A stretch of 36,538 nt of DNA from Planctomycetota bacterium (GTDB lineage Bacteria > Planctomycetota > UBA1135 > GCA-002686595): the NCBI GenBank assembly GCA_035546375.1, contig DATKBQ010000560.1:1-36538 (forward strand), in the 5' to 3' direction. Shown one piece after another: positions 33,315 to 36,538 of this stretch. Positions within the stretch are counted from its first letter, which is position 1. Every line of letters begins with the position of its first letter. A program made the translations under genes and the position numbers. The notes below the pieces were generated by a model. It saw nothing but the letters and a program-made list of their open reading frames with translations, ran no database searches and had not been told where the DNA came from.

Positions 33315-35890
33315 AGCCGACAGCGAAGTTCCTGGCCGGGCGCGCCGCCGCGCTGGTGGTCCTCGCAGTGCTCGCCCACGCGGCGGGCGACCACCCCTAC
33401 GAGAGCGACGCGATGCGCGTGCCGGGCCTGCGGACCGGCGGGAGCTGCGTGATCCGCAACGTGACGATCCACTCGGCCGTCGCGCCGGCGGCGCTGGGCG
33501 ACGTCCTGGTCTTGAATGGCAAGATCGCCGCGGTGGGCAGGGTCTCGCCTCCGCCCGGGACGCTCGAGATCGACGGCACGGGCAAGCACCTCGCGCCGGG
33601 CGTGATCGACTGCCACTCGCACATGGCGATCGAGCGCGGGATCAACGAGGGCACGCTCTCGATCACCGCCGACTGCGACATCTCGGACTCGGTCAACGCC
33701 GACGACCTCGGGATCTACCGTGCGTTGGCGGGCGGCGTCACCACGGCGCGGCTCCTGCACGGCTCGGCCAACGCGATCGGCGGGCGCCACGAGGTGATCA
33801 AGCTCAAATGGAAGCGGACGGCGGACGAGCTGCGCTTTCCCGGAGCGCCGGAGGGGATCAAGTTCGCCCTGGGCGAGAACCCCAAGCGCTCGAACGCCGG
33901 CCGCGAGGCGAACCGCTTCCCCGACACGCGCATGGGGGTCGAGGCCGTCTACTACCGCGCCTTCTCGCGCGCGCAGGAGTACGCGCGGCACTGGCGCGAG
34001 TACGAGGAGGCGCTCGCGCGCGGCGACGATCCGGTTCCGCCGCGACGCGACGTACGGCTGGAGGTCCTGACCGGCATCCTCGACGGCAGCGTGGCCGTGC
34101 ACTCGCACTGCTATCGGGCCGACGAGATCCTGATGCTGCTCCGCGCCGCCGAACACTACGGCTTCAAGGTGAAGACGCTCCAGCACGTGCTGGAGGGCTA
34201 CAAGGTCGCCCGCGAGATCGCCCGGCACGGCGCGGGGCCCTCGACCTTCAGCGACTGGTGGGCCTACAAGATCGAGGCCTACGACGCGATCCCGTTCAAC
34301 GCGGCGCTCTTGGACGAGGCGGGGGCGTTGACCTCCTTGAACTCGGACTCCAACGAGATGGTCCGGCGCATGTACGCGGAGGCGGCCAAGGGCGTGCGCT
34401 ACGGGAACATGGACCGCGTGCGCGCGCTGGCCCTGGTGACCATCAACCCCGCGAAGCAGCTCGGGATCGACGCGCGCGCCGGCTCGATCGAGAAGGGCAA
34501 GGACGCCGATCTCGCGCTCTTGAACGGCGACCCCCTCTCGTCGCTGGCGAGGGTCGAGTGGACGATGGTCGACGGCGAGATCGAGTTCCAGCGCCGCGAC
34601 GCCTTCGGCCTGGAGACCGATCCGCCGCAAGTGCGCGAGATCGCGGAGCCGGCGGATTCCAGCTTGGCGGGCTGGCAGCCCGAGGGGGGTGAGGCTATCG
34701 CCATCACGGGCGGCACGCTGCACCCGATCACGTCGCCGGACGTCGAGAACGGCGTGCTCCTGATCCAGGACGGCCGGATCGCCGGCATGGGCGCGGGCTT
34801 GGCGATCCCGGCCGGCGCGCGGGTGATCGACGCGACCGGCAAGCATGTCTGGCCCGGGATCCTCGCGCTCGACACGGCGCTCGGCCTGTTCGAGATCGGC
34901 TCGGTGCGCGGCACCGACGACCTCTCGGAGATCGGCGGCAACCAGCCGGACATCCGCGCCTCGGCGGCGATCTCGGCGGAGTCGGCGCACATCCCGGTGA
35001 CGCGCTTCAACGGGATCACGCGCTCGCAGTCTTCCCCGCAGGGCGGCGGCCCGCTGATGGGCCAGTCGTGCGTGATCCGCCTCAGCGGCGACACCTGGGA
35101 GGAGCTCTTACAGATTGACCGCGACATGCTGCACCTCGACTTCCCGGTGATGTCGAACATCGCGAAGGAGAAGAAGGAGCTGGACGCGGTCAAGGAGCTG
35201 CGCAAGCTCTTCGAGGAGGCGCGCGAGTACGACCGACTGTCGCAGGAGGCCGACGAGAAGGGCTCGCCGCGGCCGCCGTTCGACTCGCGCCTGGAGGCGC
35301 TGGCGCCGTACGCGCAGGGCCGCAAACGGGTCGCGATGCACGCCGGCAACGCGCAGACGATATTGAACGCGGTGCGCTTCGCGCAGGAGCAGAAGCTGGA
35401 CGCAGCGATCTTTGGCGCCCACGAGGGCTGGAAGGTCGTCGACGAGCTCGCGAAGGCGGACCTGCCCGTGGTCCTCGGCCCGGTGCTGACGCTGCCGCGC
35501 TCGGATTTCGATCCCTATGACGCGCCGTATGCCAACGCCGCGGTGCTGTGCCGGGCCGGCGTGCCGATCGCGATCCGTTCGGGCGACGGCGAGAACCCGC
35601 GCAACGTGGCCTTCCACGCGGCGATGGCGAGCGCCTTCGGCCTGCCGAGGGAGGAGGCGCTGCGCTCGATCACGTTCTACGCGGCGCAGATCCTGGGTCT
35701 CGAGAAGGAGCTCGGCAGCCTGGCGCCGGGCAAGATCGCCGACGTGGTCGTGACCGACGGCGACCTGCTCGAGATCACCTCGCACGTGGAGTACGTGTTC
35801 ATCGACGGCGTGCAGCAGAGCCTGGAGACCAAGCACACGCGCCTCTACCAGCGCTACCGCGACCGCTTGCTGCGGCTGAACGGCGAGTGA
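33311..35890 (+). CDS. Secreted two-module amidohydrolase: an N-terminal module with an intact HxH site and a C-terminal degenerate module
   Basis: The ATG overlaps the upstream TGA (ATGA at 33311..33314). Signal peptide present. PGVIDCHSHM, then later HSHCYRADE, and GSIEKGKDADLALL. The second module has PGILALDTALG instead of HxH and ends GSLAPGKIADVVV. Confidence 0.88.
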   Translation: MKPTAKFLAGRAAALVVLAVLAHAAGDHPYESDAMRVPGLRTGGSCVIRNVTIHSAVAPAALGDVLVLNGKIAAVGRVSPPPGTLEIDGTGKHLAPGVIDCHSHMAIERGINEGTLSITADCDISDSVNADDLGIYRALAGGVTTARLLHGSANAIGGRHEVIKLKWKRTADELRFPGAPEGIKFALGENPKRSNAGREANRFPDTRMGVEAVYYRAFSRAQEYARHWREYEEALARGDDPVPPRRDVRLEVLTGILDGSVAVHSHCYRADEILMLLRAAEHYGFKVKTLQHVLEGYKVAREIARHGAGPSTFSDWWAYKIEAYDAIPFNAALLDEAGALTSLNSDSNEMVRRMYAEAAKGVRYGNMDRVRALALVTINPAKQLGIDARAGSIEKGKDADLALLNGDPLSSLARVEWTMVDGEIEFQRRDAFGLETDPPQVREIAEPADSSLAGWQPEGGEAIAITGGTLHPITSPDVENGVLLIQDGRIAGMGAGLAIPAGARVIDATGKHVWPGILALDTALGLFEIGSVRGTDDLSEIGGNQPDIRASAAISAESAHIPVTRFNGITRSQSSPQGGGPLMGQSCVIRLSGDTWEELLQIDRDMLHLDFPVMSNIAKEKKELDAVKELRKLFEEAREYDRLSQEADEKGSPRPPFDSRLEALAPYAQGRKRVAMHAGNAQTILNAVRFAQEQKLDAAIFGAHEGWKVVDELAKADLPVVLGPVLTLPRSDFDPYDAPYANAAVLCRAGVPIAIRSGDGENPRNVAFHAAMASAFGLPREEALRSITFYAAQILGLEKELGSLAPGKIADVVVTDGDLLEITSHVEYVFIDGVQQSLETKHTRLYQRYRDRLLRLNGE

Positions 35891-35947
35891 GGCGCGGCGG
35901 GGCGTCGGGCGCTGTCATCCCAGGCCTCGACGCCCCTGCGGCTTGCC

Positions 35948-36268
35948 TTGCCGCCGCCGGTAGCGTCGAATGACCTCGTGGGTCGCCTGAAGGATGACTA
36001 CGCGCTGGTCCTGAAGGCCGGGAACACCATCCAGGCCGACCTCGCGCGCAACCTCTTCACCGAGGCAGGCATCCCCTGCTTGGTGCACGGCCCCGACTTC
36101 GACGTGGCGGAGATGGGCATCGCGGCGCACAACATGGCCCGCGGCACGAATCTCTACGTGCCGCACGGGTTGCGGGAGCAGGCCCGTGAGGTCCTCCAGG
36201 CCGCCTGGGGACCGATCGACGAAGACGGACGGCCGTCATCGGATGGAGGCGACGCGAAAACCGCCTGA
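35948..36268 (+). CDS. DUF2007-like small protein (putative signal-transducing fold)
   Basis: YALVLKAGNTIQADLARNLFTEAGIPCLVHG...LYVPHGLREQAREVL matches the DUF2007 pattern from memory. Start is TTG 35948 or GTG 35978. Position-3 G/C is high. Confidence 0.6.
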   Translation: MPPPVASNDLVGRLKDDYALVLKAGNTIQADLARNLFTEAGIPCLVHGPDFDVAEMGIAAHNMARGTNLYVPHGLREQAREVLQAAWGPIDEDGRPSSDGGDAKTA

Positions 36269-36301
36269 AGGGCACGGACGCGCTGGAGTGCGGCGCGATC
36301 G

Positions 36302-36343
36302 GATCGCGATCCCCCGGAGGCCTACTGGACGGTGATCGCGATC
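36302..36343. repeat. Two copies of the 10-bp perfect palindrome GATCGCGATC, 32 bp apart
   Basis: Copies at 36302..36311 and 36334..36343. Five GATC sites lie within ~50 bp of noncoding DNA after the DUF2007-like gene. Confidence 0.5.
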
Positions 36344-36538
36344 GCCAGTCAGCACCGCTGCAGGTCGGTGTTGGCTAGCACGCTCCCCTGAGTGGCAAGC
36401 GGACCGAGCGCGATACCGTCGCACAGCGCGGGGATGAAAGCATGCATAGACGGTATCCGGGAGCGGGTCAGACTTTCGGTCGATCCTACCAGTTCAGCGG
36501 CCGGAGGGTGTCGGCAAGTCAAGGAATCGCTCGCCGAG

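Noticed and set aside
36380-36440. A CTGAG...ACC...GGGGA arrangement loosely reminiscent of a TPP (THI-box) riboswitch.
   Set aside because: It lacks the conserved ACCUGAUCUGGAUAAUGCCAGCG core and the 5' GGGGUGC pairing partner. The stems cannot be drawn.
36349-36537. Possible 3' end of a minus-strand gene entering from the right edge, and + strand ATGs at 36434 and 36442 that stay open to the window end.
   Set aside because: Position-3 G/C is only ~60-70% in all of these frames, and I see no recognisable motifs or RBS. There is not enough sequence to support any call.

Overview
Very GC-rich bacterial chromosomal DNA (about 70% GC by eye, not computed). Every frame on both strands carries long ORFs, so I called genes from codon position 3 G/C bias, recognisable protein motifs, start-site context and gene-to-gene coupling, not from ORF length. 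I support about 30 protein-coding genes, and almost all are core housekeeping. In order: the distal complex I genes nuoL (5' truncated by the window edge), nuoM and nuoN, followed by a 34-aa membrane ORF; two class I SAM methyltransferases. Then a minus-strand unit with overlapping start and stop codons: a DinG-family Fe-S helicase, a small 2-TM protein and a GT4 glycosyltransferase. Then topA; leucine dehydrogenase; a sensor-less atypical Ser/Thr kinase preceded by a small lipoprotein; an archaeal-type (type 2) methionine aminopeptidase plus a GT-like half-protein; mutS; three lipoproteins (TPR/COG3014-like, YcfL/DUF1425-like, LpoB-like); an HPF/RaiA-family protein. A 690-bp noncoding gap follows, with two intrinsic-terminator hairpins and a candidate sRNA. 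Then pckA; a yqjD/yqjE/yqjK-like membrane stress module; a TPR protein; an EamA transporter reading in frame into a DUF59 domain; an M50 site-2 protease with CBS domains; two translationally coupled secreted amidohydrolase-fold proteins, of which only one module keeps the HxH metal site; and a DUF2007-like protein. I found no rRNA, tRNA, CRISPR array, transposase, integrase, phage gene or recognisable defence gene. This looks like core chromosome of a diderm, lipobox-using bacterium. A Myxococcota or other GC-rich delta-type lineage is only a guess. I see no compelling new multi-gene system. The best leads are the candidate anti-SD-like sRNA, the DinG helicase with a degenerate exonuclease-like N-domain coupled to membrane and glycosyltransferase genes, the EamA-DUF59 in-frame fusion, the pseudo-enzyme amidohydrolase set, and the type 2 MetAP. 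All homology statements rest on my memory of family motifs. No database search was run.
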